From an uncultured Methanoregulaceae archaeon (lineage in GTDB: Archaea; Halobacteriota; Methanomicrobia; Methanomicrobiales; Methanospirillaceae), in the NCBI GenBank assembly GCA_963841015.1, contig CAWJAX010000002.1, positions 32,001-96,000 of the forward strand: DNA of 64,000 nt, read 5' to 3'. Below are positions 52,946 to 64,000 of this stretch, one piece after another. The notes under the pieces are model-generated. The model was not told the DNA's origin. It made no database searches and saw only the letters and a program-made list of their open reading frames with translations. Each line of letters begins with the position of its first letter. Position 1 is the stretch's first letter. A program made the position numbers and the translations under genes.

Positions 52946-53558
52946 ATGTTCAAGAAAATAGCACTGTGCGCAATGCTTGTTCTTATCCTTGCACCGGCTT
53001 CTGTCATGGCAGCCGGGCAGCAGGGGCAGGCACAAGGCATTGGCAACGAAGCAGGCAACTGCCTGAATGTACAGCATCAGATTACCGGTGACACTACGGC
53101 CCAGGAAAAATCCCGGAATGGCCAGGGCCAGGGGGCTGGAAGCGCATCGCAGAATGGCGATGTTCGGATGCTGCAGACCCGTTCCGGCGACCATGCCGGT
53201 GAACAGGATCAGTCCATGGCAAAGAACATGACCCGGGACCAGATCCGGCTGAACGCTGATTCAGGTCCTCGCTGGTGAAAGCCAGGGAACAGGATCAAGC
53301 GGCGATGCCCGGATGCTCCAGACCCGTTCCGGCGACCATGCCGGTGAACAGGATCAATCCATGGCAAAGAACATGACCCGGGACCAGATCCGGCTGGGTT
53401 CCGATTCCGCCCAACAGCAGAATGGATCAGCTGAATCGGTACAAAACCGGTCCGGTTCCACAAGGGCAAATGGTCAGAATATCTTTGCCAGTTTCGCTGA
53501 CCAGCTGGGGGCCCAGTTCCGGAATGCAGGCGGAATGTTTCGCACACTGGGACAGTGA
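52946..53558 (+). CDS. Secreted Gln/Gly-rich repeat protein (frameshift between the repeats)
   Basis: Signal MFKKIALCAMLVLILAPASVMA; 96-bp direct repeat 53156..53251 / 53301..53396 encoding RMLQTRSGDHAGEQDQSMAKNMTRDQIRL. Confidence 0.7.
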
Positions 53559-53830
53559 ACCTTTCCCAGCTGTATCTTTTTTCCCGTCACCGGATATCTC
53601 CAAACCCCCTTCCCCACAGAACCTGAATAGTATCTTTATCGATGACACACATCTTTGGCCTGCTGTGGAGGTCTTTCAGGAACTCCGCCCCCAGGAGCAC
53701 CACGCATGAAAAAATGATGCAGGTATCACGGGGCAGGGGAAGCTTATCACAGTTGAAGGGGTGTATTAATAATGAGAGTTCTTTGGACAATTTTTTTAAA
53801 AACACACACAGTCCACTGTGAAAAATCGCA

Positions 53831-54083
53831 AAAATGATAGGAGTGACGCTTCGCTACAAGTGGATCATTTGGGCGATGTTCGTGGGTCTCGGTCTGGAGC
53901 CCGTCCTCCCATCAGGGAGGCATCATGCGTCGCTCCCTCCCACCCTTTATCGGATGGTGAGCGAAATGGGGGGGTCGTTCTCCCTCAACAATGCCTCTGG
54001 CGGGCTCATCGAAGCTTTCTGGATCTCGATTCATGCGTTCTGCAGGCAAACACTGGCTGCTGCATAGGCGGGCGAAGCCCGCC
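53831..54083. other. GC-rich, highly structured intergenic element (ncRNA or MITE/ssDNA-site candidate)
   Basis: Hairpins aaatgat/atcattt, cctccc-atca-gggagg, tgcag/ctgca and GGCGGGC-GAA-GCCCGCC (54067..54083); no convincing ORF. Confidence 0.4.
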
Positions 54084-54244
54084 AATTTGACTTGACATCT
54101 ATGTCCTGAAATACCGTTCAAAACGTATAGATATCACGTGGGCAGGTTTCCTGGATCGAGCTCCCTGGCCGAATACAAAAACATTACAATCCGTTGTGTA
54201 TTATTAAAAAAAAACTTTCACGATACAATAAAAGTTTTCAATTT

Positions 54245-54510
54245 TCAATCGTGCAATCGCTTGTACTTCTTATGAGCCCGCTCGATAGTATCCACATCCA
54301 CGATCCGGACACAATCCTTGAGCACAATAAAAAATGCTGTGTAGGAATGGGCGATATGCATGCGGCAGACACCATCGCGGATATATTCGACATCTCGTGC
54401 AGTAAGAGGATCTTCGAGCTGGACCAGGTGCTCCTTGATGATCCGGCGATCTTTTTCCGGCAGGTCGTTAACGTACTCCAGCACGTGCCGCTCGATTTCG
54501 AGGTGCAGAC
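54245..54510 (-). CDS. RelE/ParE-like toxin
   Basis: LHLEIERHVLEYVNDLPEKDRRIIKEHL..L.DP..CRMHIAHSYTAFF..V..V.TIE.AHKKY; start uncertain; overlaps the antitoxin. Confidence 0.6.
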
Positions 54511-54743
54511 CGCTTCACCTCATCCCGTATCCTGACGTATTCTTCATCGCTGTCCATGCGGACAAAATCGCCTTCCCGGGCAACCCGTACGACATGGGCG
54601 ATATAGTCCTGCTGCTTCTGCACTTTTACCAGCCGGGCAACGACATCCCCGTACCGCTCACCGGGTTGCTTGAGCATGTTGAGATCCTGCTTTGTTGACT
54701 GAGTAACAAGAATTTTCTCGGTGGTTTGTTCATATGCTTTCAT
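54468..54743 (-). CDS. Putative antitoxin (RHH-like N-terminus)
   Basis: KILVTQSTKQDLNMLKQPGERYGDVVARLV; upstream of and overlapping the toxin. Confidence 0.6.
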   Translation of the reverse strand: MKAYEQTTEKILVTQSTKQDLNMLKQPGERYGDVVARLVKVQKQQDYIAHVVRVAREGDFVRMDSDEEYVRIRDEVKRSAPRNRAARAGVR

Positions 54744-54886
54744 TGAAGAAGTTTCACCCGCCTTTGGATAATTATGTCTTTTTTGACCAAATATACCTTT
54801 TTGCCTTTTTGGATATAATACCCCACGTTACATGCAACCGCGAGGCGAAACACGATTAAAACAACGATTATTGCATGATGATGATA

Positions 54887-55174
54887 TCAGACCCTGCTTC
54901 CGCTCGTAAAGGATCCCGTGCGGGTGTCTTTCTGCTGGTGGTACTCAACCAGCCGCCTCACCTCATCCTGCACCTTCTCTTTATCCTTGAAGCCGGTAAA
55001 GAGGATCCGGATATCATCGATATCGTCTTTTAAGTAGGCTGCTTCAGGATAGAGAATGAGCACGATCTGTCCCTCAGGACCGAAATGCAGCTCCTCGCTT
55101 TCTCCTTTCATATAGCGTTCCCGCTGCTCCTTTGTCGGGGCTGCATACCGTTTTTCGTACCTGAAGACGCCCAT
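54887..55174 (-). CDS. Hypothetical protein
   Basis: 95-aa ORF with GGTGAGGT RBS and globular composition. Confidence 0.65.
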   Translation of the reverse strand: MGVFRYEKRYAAPTKEQRERYMKGESEELHFGPEGQIVLILYPEAAYLKDDIDDIRILFTGFKDKEKVQDEVRRLVEYHQQKDTRTGSFTSGSRV

Positions 55175-55435
55175 ACCTCACCATCCTGATTAATGATTGT
55201 GTGCCGGGTGACGTTAAACCTGATGAGTGAGGTTGCCGGGAACAGCAACAATGGCATCATTTTTTTTGGAAAACCAACCTTCATCAATTTAAGAGGAAAA
55301 GTCATTTTGCTGATGTCCTGATTTTTTCAGGAGTCCAACGCAATGATGCGTTGGATCTCTTTGTCATTCCATGAAACGTGCCATGATGAAGGAGATGACA
55401 ACAGTATTTTAAGGCAATTCTTACCCATACCACGT

Positions 55436-55898
55436 ATGGCAAAAGAGATAAAAACAGAAATTCTCATTCATGCAACCCCGGAAAAAGTCTGGGTTGTAAC
55501 TCACTGACTTTGACAACTACAAAAACTGGAACCCCTTCATTCAATCAATCACCGGAGAAGTGGCAGTTGGAAATACGATCACTGCAAGACTTGAACCGCC
55601 CGGGGCCAGGGGAATGACTATCAGACCGAAAGTTCTTGCTTTTACCCCGAATAAAGAACTTCGCTGGCTTGGGCATTTACTGGTTCCCGGACTATTTGAT
55701 GGAGAACACTCATTTGAGCTTATTGACAAAGGAAACGGCACAACCACGTTCCGGCAGACTGAAAAATTCACCGGAATACTTATTCCGTTTTTTGAGAATA
55801 TGCTTGATAATAACACGACGAATGGCTTCAACCTGATGAACCAGAAACTGAAAGAATCAGCCGAGCAGAAAATAAACGCTGGCTACCCAAACAAATAA
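55436..55898 (+). CDS. SRPBCC/polyketide-cyclase family protein (frameshift at about 55497)
   Basis: MAKEIKTEILIHATPEKVW..TDFDNYKNWNPFI..ELRWLG..PGLFDGEHSF..F..MNQKLK..AE. Confidence 0.85.
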
Positions 55899-56141
55899 TG
55901 TAAAAAACTACATAAAAAATATAAAAAAAACGCGATACTGATACTTTTTTCCCGTCCCCCCACAATATCAGATAACCATGCCAGATAGTGCATATTTCGC
56001 GATTATGCACTTCTGTCACACGCTCCCCCTGTAAAAGATCGGAACGATCAGGACCCCCAGAAATGCTGGCGGACGGCAGCGTTCATCCCCCGGAGCTGAT
56101 TCCTGACCGTAAAAGCGCGGGAATTGTAGCGGGAATACCTT

Positions 56142-56689
56142 ATGAGCACCTATATTGTCCTCCTGCGTGGAGTAATGCCGAGCGGCAAAAACAAAGTACC
56201 GATGGCGCAGTCTGCGGGAAGTGCTTAAAAGGGGCGGTTTTGGTAATGTGCGTTCCTACGTAACAGAGTGGTAACGTATTGGTGGACTCCATGCTTTCGG
56301 CACAAGAGATCGAAAAATGCGTGCGGGAACTGATCAAAAAACATATCGGGCCGGATCTGGCGGTCGTGGTGAGGACAGGATCCGGGTTACAAAAGGTGCT
56401 CGATGAGAACCCCTTTCAGCAAGGTTACACAATCTCACGGGTCTTTTTTGTCGTATTTGCGCAAATACCGACCCCGGAGAAAGTACAAGAACTTTCCGCT
56501 CAGGACTTTGGCGATGAAAAACTTGCTTTTACCAGGACCAGAGACGCAGCATATATGTACATTCCAGGCCCCTATGGCAGGGGCAGACTCAGCAACAATT
56601 TTCTCGAAAAGAAGCTTGGCGTTTCTGCAACCATGAGAAATTTCAACACGATGAGCAGACTGGTTGCAATGAGTATCCCTGAGAAGTGA
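56142..56689 (+). CDS. DUF1697 family protein (frameshifts in the 5' part)
   Basis: TYIVLLRGV..GKNKVPMA.LR..GF.NVRSY..SGNV ... LSNNFLEKKLGVSATMRNFNT. Confidence 0.85.
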
Positions 56690-56866
56690 GCGGTAGCAAC
56701 TATTCCTCCTTATACCAGTAAAACCAAGGCTTTACTCTTACTGCCACCTTCGACAATGTCCCAATCACGAAAACTACAACAGGACTCCAACCGGCCGGAA
56801 CTGGACCGGTAACCTTGGCACAACCGAGTCTCTGCTTGCTTCAGCTGTATCGCGGCAAACCGGAAC

Positions 56867-57287
56867 ATGATTGTCGCAGCCGAGAAGATATTCCAGTTCC
56901 CGCTCAACGGGAGGAAAGTGAAAGGGTTCATCGACCGGATCGAGCAGACACCAGAAGGGGAGTGTGGTAGTTGATTTCAAGACCGGATCAAAACCATCCT
57001 CAATTTACGAAGAATACGGTCCTCGCCGATATCCAGCTCAACCTCTCCTCCCTCGCTATCAAAGAGATGTTCGGCAGGCTGCCTCAGCGGGCATCGTTCT
57101 ATTATATCAGGGATGACAAGATGGTCGATTATTTCCCGACCGAAGAGACGGTCGGTGTTTTTACGGAGTCTACTAAAGAGATCATTTCAGCGGTGTGTGC
57201 TGAGCAGTTTGAGGCGACAACCTCGTTCCAGACCTGAAGTTCTGTGATTATGCGGATTTGTGCGAGGAGAAGGAAGTGGGGGAGTGA
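56867..57287 (+). pseudogene. Remnant PD-(D/E)XK nuclease domain (AddB/RecB-like C-terminus)
   Basis: GFIDRIE..VVDFKTG..DIQLNL..C.FCDY..LC across frameshifts; N-terminal part absent. Confidence 0.75.
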
Positions 57288-57627
57288 AAGATCACATTTG
57301 CTAATATTTTTAATTAAAGAGTAATATTGCGTTATTTTTATAAATTAAGCGATTATTTTAAGGGATTCTGCAAGGCAGCGATGCATTGCGGTTTATTTAT
57401 TTACTCTTATACTAAATTTCGAACATTATCATTTTGATATTATATGGACTGGTGATGGAGAGAGATGAATGGATTTTAAGTGCTTGAATGTTTGTACCGC
57501 AAGTGCACCTCTACGGGTTGAGAATCTGCTGATAACCACAGGTTGGATTGGCAGGCAATCAGATCAGGTTTTTTGAGCGGGAAAATGTTCCAATGTCTGA
57601 ATGCAGCAGTATAGCAAATTCTAACTG

Positions 57628-60600
57628 GTGGTTGAATTGAAGCAGGTAAAAGCCACAGAAAATCCAGAAATTGAAAAGGTTCCCATAAAATCTATTTTAT
57701 TGTTAATTCTTATCGGATTTTTATTGATTTCCCCAGTATCCGCAGCGGTGGTTCAATGGGAAAAAACGTATGGTGGGAGTTCAAGCGACTCATTGATGGT
57801 GAGTGCAAATTCACTGAAGGTAACACCGGATGGCGGTTTCATCCTTGCAGGAGTCACATGGTCATATAACACGGTTTGTTTAGCCACACTAGGTGGTTGC
57901 GATGATGCTTTTCTGGTTAAGACAGATAGCCAGGGAGTACAGCAATGGTATAATCATTATGGAGCGGGTTGGTATGACTGGTTCACCTCCGTAAGTCCAA
58001 CGAGCGATAACGGTTATATTGCAGCAGGAAGCTCAAGTTCTTATACTTCGGGATTCGCACAACACGCTTATCTCGTGAAAACAGATGCGAACGGTAATGA
58101 AGTCTGGCACAATGTTTATACCATTCCGGGGCAGGTTGAATCTCAGGCCAATGATGTTAAACAAACTCAAGACGGCGGGTATATTTTAACAGGCCAATAT
58201 GAAACTGCTTTCTCTCCTCCGGAGTCTTCGATATTTCTTATAAAAACCGATGCACAAGGAGATCTGGTATGGAACAAAACCTACGATCCATCTTATGTTG
58301 GAGGAAAATCTGTAATTGAAACAACTGATGGGTATGTTGTTGTAGGAGGGGGAAATGGGGACATTTATCTCCTTAAGACGGATTCTAACGGCAACATCAT
58401 ATGGAGCAGAAATTTAGATGGGTCAACTTCTAACTCTGCCAGTTCTGTCAGTTCAACAGCTGATGGCGGATATATTATTGTAGGGGATCGAACGGTAAGC
58501 AGCATTAATTCTGATATATATTTAGTGAAATCTGACAATGCCGGCAATAACGTCTGGGAAAGAACGTATGGCGGCCCTAACTCTGAATCTGGGATTTCCG
58601 TTCAACAAACCTCAGAAGGAGGATACATTGTTGGGGGCACGATTAACCCAAATATTTTAGAAGATACGTATGTCATTAAAACTGACAATACAGGAAATGA
58701 AATTTGGAATTTATCAATTGGCGATTCGAATAAGCAATTGGGATATTCCATAGTTGAAACTGCAGAACACGAATATGCAATTGCCGGAACTACGGTCACA
58801 TCATCCAATAGCGAGGATCTGTACCTCGTTAAAATAGCGGAAACACCGCCTGCCAGCATAACCAACCTCCAGAATACCACCTTCAAGCAGACTAGTATAA
58901 CCTGGACCTGGGCTGATCCTTCTTCTTCAGACTTCAACAAGGTCATGGTATACCTGGACGGAGTATTCCAGACTAATATCACCAAAGGCGGCCAGACCTA
59001 TACTGCTACAGGATTAATATCTGATACCCAGCATATAATTTCAACCCGTACAGTCGGAGCCACCGGTCTGGTTAACCAGACATGGGTAAATAGTACCGCG
59101 AGAACCGCACTCTTTTCAAATGCAGCACCTGTCGCCGCATTTTCCGGAAACCCGACAACCGGGCCCGCATCTCTCGCTGTATCTTTTGCGGATGAATCTG
59201 ATGGTTCGCTTACAGGGTGGGCCTGGTACTTCGGTGATGAGACTTACAAGGCATCCTGGACGCAGGAAACTTCGAGTGCAGCGTGGTCGGCAAGGTACAC
59301 TCACAGCAGCGTGGCGTTGCCGGACGGCAGCATTGTACTTATGGGGGGTCTTGACCCCACCAATAAAAATGACACGTGGCGATCAATAGATAAGGGTGCA
59401 ACATGGTCACAATTGACGGCAAGTGCCGGGTGGACAGCAAGATCCGGTCACACCAGTGTAGCACTGCCGGATGGCAGTATTGTGCTTATGGGTGGTGCTG
59501 ACGGTATCACAGGTAATAAGAATGACGTGTGGCGGTCAACGGATAAGGGTGTAACATGGACACAAATGACTGCCAGTGCCGGATGGTCGGCAAGAAAGGG
59601 GCACAGCAGCGTAGCTCTGCCGGACGGCAGCATTGTGTTGATCGGCGGGGTCTCTAACAACTACCCCTATTATTTGAAAGACGTCTGGAGGTCAACGGAT
59701 AAAGGTGCGACGTGGACGCAAATGACTGCCAGTGCTCGGTGGTCGGGAAGAAACGATCATAGCACCGTGGCAATGCCGGATGGCAGCATTGTGCTTATGG
59801 GGGGTTATAGCAACAAGAACGATGTATGGCGGTCAACGGACAAAGGTGCAACATGGACCCAGATGACTGCGAACGCCGGGTGGTCGGCAAGATCCGTTCA
59901 TACCAGCGTAGCTATGCCTGACGGTAGTATCGTGTTGATGGGGGGTAGTTCAAACAGGGCAGGAAGAACGATGTATGGCGATCAACTGATAACGGTGCAA
60001 CATGGACGCAGTTGACTGCGAATGCCGGGTGGTCGGCAAGAACTAGTCCCAGCAGCGTCGTGATACCGGATGGCAGCATTGTCCTTATTGGGGGTTATGA
60101 TAGCACCGGCCGAAAGAAGGATGTATGGCGTTTCACATCCGTCGGTTCGTCGATACAGAACCCGTTGCATATTTATACGCAACCGGGGACTTACTCCGTA
60201 ACACTCCAGGCATACAATAACGGCGGATACAACAGTACGCGAAAGATCAGTTACATCACAGTAGGTGCGTTTACAAACCCAGCGCCGACAGTAACTGGGA
60301 TAACTCCAGTTAAGGGCGACAATAGTGGTTCAGTTACAGTTACCAACCTCGCTGGAACCGGTTTCATCAACGGCGCCACGGTGAAACTCAACAGGGCCGG
60401 ACAAGCGGATATCGAAGCCACCAGTGTAGTGACTGTTTCATCAACACAGATTACGTGTATTCTCCCTATAACTGGTGCAGGAACCGGTTACTGGAACGTT
60501 ATTGTTACAAATCCTGATTTCCAGACAGGAACACTCCCAAACGGGTTTATGGTGACAGCGTCTCCATTGCCTGATTTCACCTCCAGTGTTACTTCCGGAG

Positions 60601-63600
60601 CAGCCCCGCTCGCAGTCTCTTTCACCGATACATCATTATACAGCCCGACCGACTGGGCATGGTATTTCGGCGATGAGACTTATAATACACCCTGGGTCGA
60701 GAAGACCCCATGGAATGGTGCCGGGTGGACACCGAGATGGGCTCATAGCAGCGTGGTGATGCCGGATGGCAGCATCGTGCTGATGGGAGGTTATGAATTA
60801 GGTTAAACTCCTAAAAATGACGTGTGGCGGTCAACGGATAAGGGTGCAACATGGACTCAAGTGACTGCGAGTGCCGGGTGGGGGGCAAGATACGGTCACA
60901 GCAGTGTGGTGATGCCAGACGGCAGCATCGTGCTGATGGGTGGGTGGAGTAATGTTGCCGGCGGTTATAAGAATGACGTGTGGCGGTCAACGGACATGGG
61001 TGCTACATGGACGCTGATGAATGCGAGCGCCGGGTGGACACCCAGAACGTACCACAGCACCGTCGTGATGCCGGACGGCAGCATCGTGCTGATGGGTGGT
61101 GCTCAACCGGGTTATAAGAATGATGTATGGCGGTCAACGGACATGGGGGCTACATGGACCCAGATGACCGCGAACGCCGGATGGTCTGCAAGAAGTAATC
61201 ATGGCAGCGTGGTGATGCCGGACGGTAGCATCATCCTGATAGGTGGGACCAGCGGTTCTGGTGAAGTCTGGCGGTCAACGGACATGGGGGCTACATGGAC
61301 GCAGAAGACTACTAGTGCCGGGTGGACAACGAGATGGGCACACAGCACTGTAGCGATGCCAGACGGTAGTATCGTTCTGACAGGTGGTGGCAATGGAGGT
61401 ACCGGTACTAACGACGTATGGCGGTCAACTAATAATGGTGCAACATGGATACAAGTGACGGGGAGTGCCCTGTGGAAAGCGAGAATGTATCACACCAGCG
61501 GGGTATGCCGGACGGCAGTATCGTCCTGATAGGAGGTCAACAATTAAGCGCTGCTAAAAATGACGTATGGCGGCTCACGACTTCTGGATCATCGGTACAG
61601 AATCCATCGCACACATATAACTCCGTGGGAACCTACACGGTTTCACTACAGGCTTACAGAGCCAGTGGATACAGCAGCACCCAGAAGGCAGGTTATATTA
61701 CTGTAACTGTTCAGGACACTCAACCCCCGGTTGTTACTCAGCCAGGAAATCCAGCCCCAGTTCTCCTGGGCGTTGATGTTGTTATATCTACGACGATTAC
61801 GGATAATGTCGGTGTTATCGGAGCAAATGCTACAATCGGGGGTGTCAACTATCCCATGACTGCAACCGACGGTTCGTTTGGCGGAACTAGTGAACCGGTT
61901 TCAGTTTCCATACCAGGTTCTGCCCTGCATGTCGGTGACAATATCGTTACCATCGTCGCAAAGGATGGAGCAGGATTGCTTTCCGCGCCGGTTACGGTCA
62001 CCATCACGGTCACCAACGTCAACCGGGCTCCAGTGTTCGATCCAGTTCCCGCTAAGTCCGTCAATGAAGGAATTACCCTGACATTTGCCGTGTCGGCTGC
62101 TGATGCGGATAACGATCCACTTACCTACAGTGCAACCGCGTTACCAGACGGATCAACCTTTGATCCGGCGACAAAAACATTCTCCTGGACACCGAGCTGA
62201 TGCCCAGGGTCAGACTGCACCGTACTCGGCTACCTTCTCGGTTACTGACGGATCTGCTACTGCTACTGTAGTTGCAGAGATTACCGTTACTAACCTGAAC
62301 CGGGCTCCAGTGTTCGATCCAATTACTCCAAAGATTGTCAATGAAGGAGTGACCCTGACGTTCACCGTGTCAGCTACTGATACGGATGTTGGAGATACGC
62401 TCACTTACAGTGCAACGGTGTTACCAGACGGATCAACCTTTGATCCGGCGTACAAAGACGTTCACCTGGACACCCACAGTCAATCAGGGTCAACCAGCAC
62501 CATACATGGTAACTTTCAGCGTTTCCGATGGAACTGAAAGCGATACGGAAGTTGTTGCCATCACCGTCACTAACGTCAACCAGCCACCCAATCCACCTAC
62601 CCTTTCCGGAGATGCGGCTGACGGTTCGATTACCGTGAATGAAAACATACCGGTCTCGTTTACCGTGACCGGCACAGATCCGGATTCCGGGGATACTGCT
62701 ATCGTTACAGCCGTTTCCTTACCCCCGGAGTTAAGTTTGACGGTACGTCATTCACATGGACTCCCGACAATTCCCAGGCCGGGACACACCAGATCATATT
62801 CACTGTCACGGATGGTTCCGGAGCAACAAGCACTTTCACTGTCACCATCACCGTCAACAACGTCAACCGGGCACCGGTTTCACTGCAATAGGAGCCAAGT
62901 CCGTTGCCGAAGGTCAGCCCCTTACCTTCACTGTATTGGCAACTGACGAAGATACCGCGGATATTCTGTCCTATAATGCTGAAGGTCTCCCGGACGGATC
63001 AACCTTTGATCCGGCTACAAAGACGTTCACCTGGACACCCACAGTCAATCAGGGTCAACCAGCACCATACATGGTAACTTTCAGCGTTTCCGATGGAACT
63101 GAAAGCGATACGGAAGTTGTTGCCATCACCGTCACTAACGTCAACCAGCCACCCAATCCACCTACCCTTTCCGGAGATGCGGCTGACGGTTCGATTACCG
63201 TGAATGAAAACATACCGGTCTGTTTACCGTGACCGGCACAGATCCGGATTCCGGGGATACTGCTATCGTTACAGCCGGTTCCTTACCCCCGGGAGTGAAC
63301 TTTGACGGTACGTCATTCACATGGACTCCCGACAATTCCCAGGCCGGGACACACCAGATCATATTCACTGTCACGGATGGTTCCGGAGCAACAAGCACTT
63401 TCACTGTCACCATCACCGTCAACAACGTCAACCGGGCACCGGTTCTCACTGCAATAGGAGCCAAGTCCGTTGCCGAAGGTCAGCCCCTTACCTTCACTGT
63501 ATTGGCAACTGACGAAGATACCGCGGATATTCTGTCCTATAATGCTGAAGGTCTCCCGGACGGATCAACCTTTGATCCGGCTACAAAGACGTTCACCTGG

Positions 63601-64000
63601 ACACCCACAGTCAATCAGGGTCAACCAGCACCATACATGGTAACTTTCAGCGTTTCCGATGGAACTGAAAGCGATACGGAAGTTGTTGCCATCACCGTCA
63701 CTAACGTCAACCAGCCACCCAATCCACCTACCCTTTCCGGAGATGCGGCTGACGGTTCGATTACCGTGAATGAAAACATACCGGTCTCGTTTACCGTGAC
63801 CGGCACAGATCCGGATTCCGGGGATACTGCTATCGTTACAGCCGGTTCCTTACCCCCGGGAGTTAACTTTGACGGTACGTCATTCACATGGACTCCCGAC
63901 AATTCCCAGGCCGGGACACACCAGATCATATTCACTGTCACGGATGGTTCCGGAGCAACAAGCACTTTCACTGTCACCATCACCGTCAACAACGTCAACC
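57628..64000 (+). CDS. Giant multi-domain cell-surface protein: beta-propeller, FN3-like, PKD with inserted Kelch/Asp-box propellers x2, IPT, cadherin/He_PIG-like Ig repeats (frameshifted; runs off the window end)
   Basis: Signal ..ISPVSA; W.KTYGG..GGYI.AG..YLVKTD repeats; WYFGD PKD halves; W.AR..H.SV..PDGSIVLMGG..NDVWRSTD.GATW repeats; NRAPVF..V.EG..LTF.V.A.D.D..LTYSA..LPDG..FD..T.TF.WTP. Confidence 0.85.
62427..64000 (+). repeat. Near-identical intragenic tandem repeat, period about 566-567 bp (two Ig-like domains), at least 2.8 copies
   Basis: gacggatcaacctttgatccgg at 62427, 62993 and 63559. Confidence 0.92.

Noticed and set aside
57235-57237. TGA at a Cys position in the nuclease remnant (possible selenocysteine)
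   Set aside because: The downstream KFCDY..LC is in another frame, so this is a 1-nt deletion (TG-AAG), not an in-frame recoded stop.
59280-61570. Kelch repeats as a CRISPR array or DGR template/variable pair
   Set aside because: They are in-frame protein repeats with synonymous variation; no cas genes, reverse transcriptase or adenine-specific variation.
18220-64000. Numerous frameshifts as programmed frameshifting, phase variation or mass pseudogenisation
   Set aside because: Single-base indels are scattered through unrelated genes, often in homopolymers, and differ between otherwise identical tandem repeats. Long-read error is the simplest explanation; read polishing would confirm.

Overview
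This 64-kb window is archaeal DNA, most likely from a Methanomicrobiales/Methanoregula-like methanogen. That assignment is inferred from the gene families: HTH-PAS regulators, DUF61, DUF63, DUF1616, DUF2226-roadblock, an archaellin-type domain and a PKD/Kelch surface protein. Many genes are split by single-base indels, often in homopolymers, which points to an unpolished long-read assembly rather than mass pseudogenisation. I saw no rRNA, tRNA, CRISPR array, integrase, transposase or reverse transcriptase. It is an accessory region. It holds three HTH-PAS paralogues, an HTH-MNT/HEPN toxin-antitoxin pair, two P-type ATPases around a bestrophin-like gene, htpX, a rubredoxin/MBL-rhodanese/YeeE sulfur module and a HAMP/roadblock cluster. 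It also holds a ~2,900-aa cyclic beta-1,2-glucan synthase next to an ABC exporter, a secreted Cys-peptide / signal-peptide double-wHTH / Gln-repeat locus, a RelE-like TA pair and a giant repetitive surface protein that runs off the end. The main unexplained signals are: (1) two direct copies of a ~240-bp non-coding element built from tandem G.A-mismatch hairpins with a covarying stem; (2) a Cgs plus exporter pair in an archaeon, inside a block bracketed by a perfect 43-bp direct repeat and a duplicated DUF61 head; (3) the secreted-peptide/membrane-tethered regulator locus; (4) an archaellin globular domain on a lipoprotein anchor; (5) further structured non-coding regions at ~7.64-7.73 kb and ~53.83-54.08 kb. 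All family calls come from motif recognition, not database searches.
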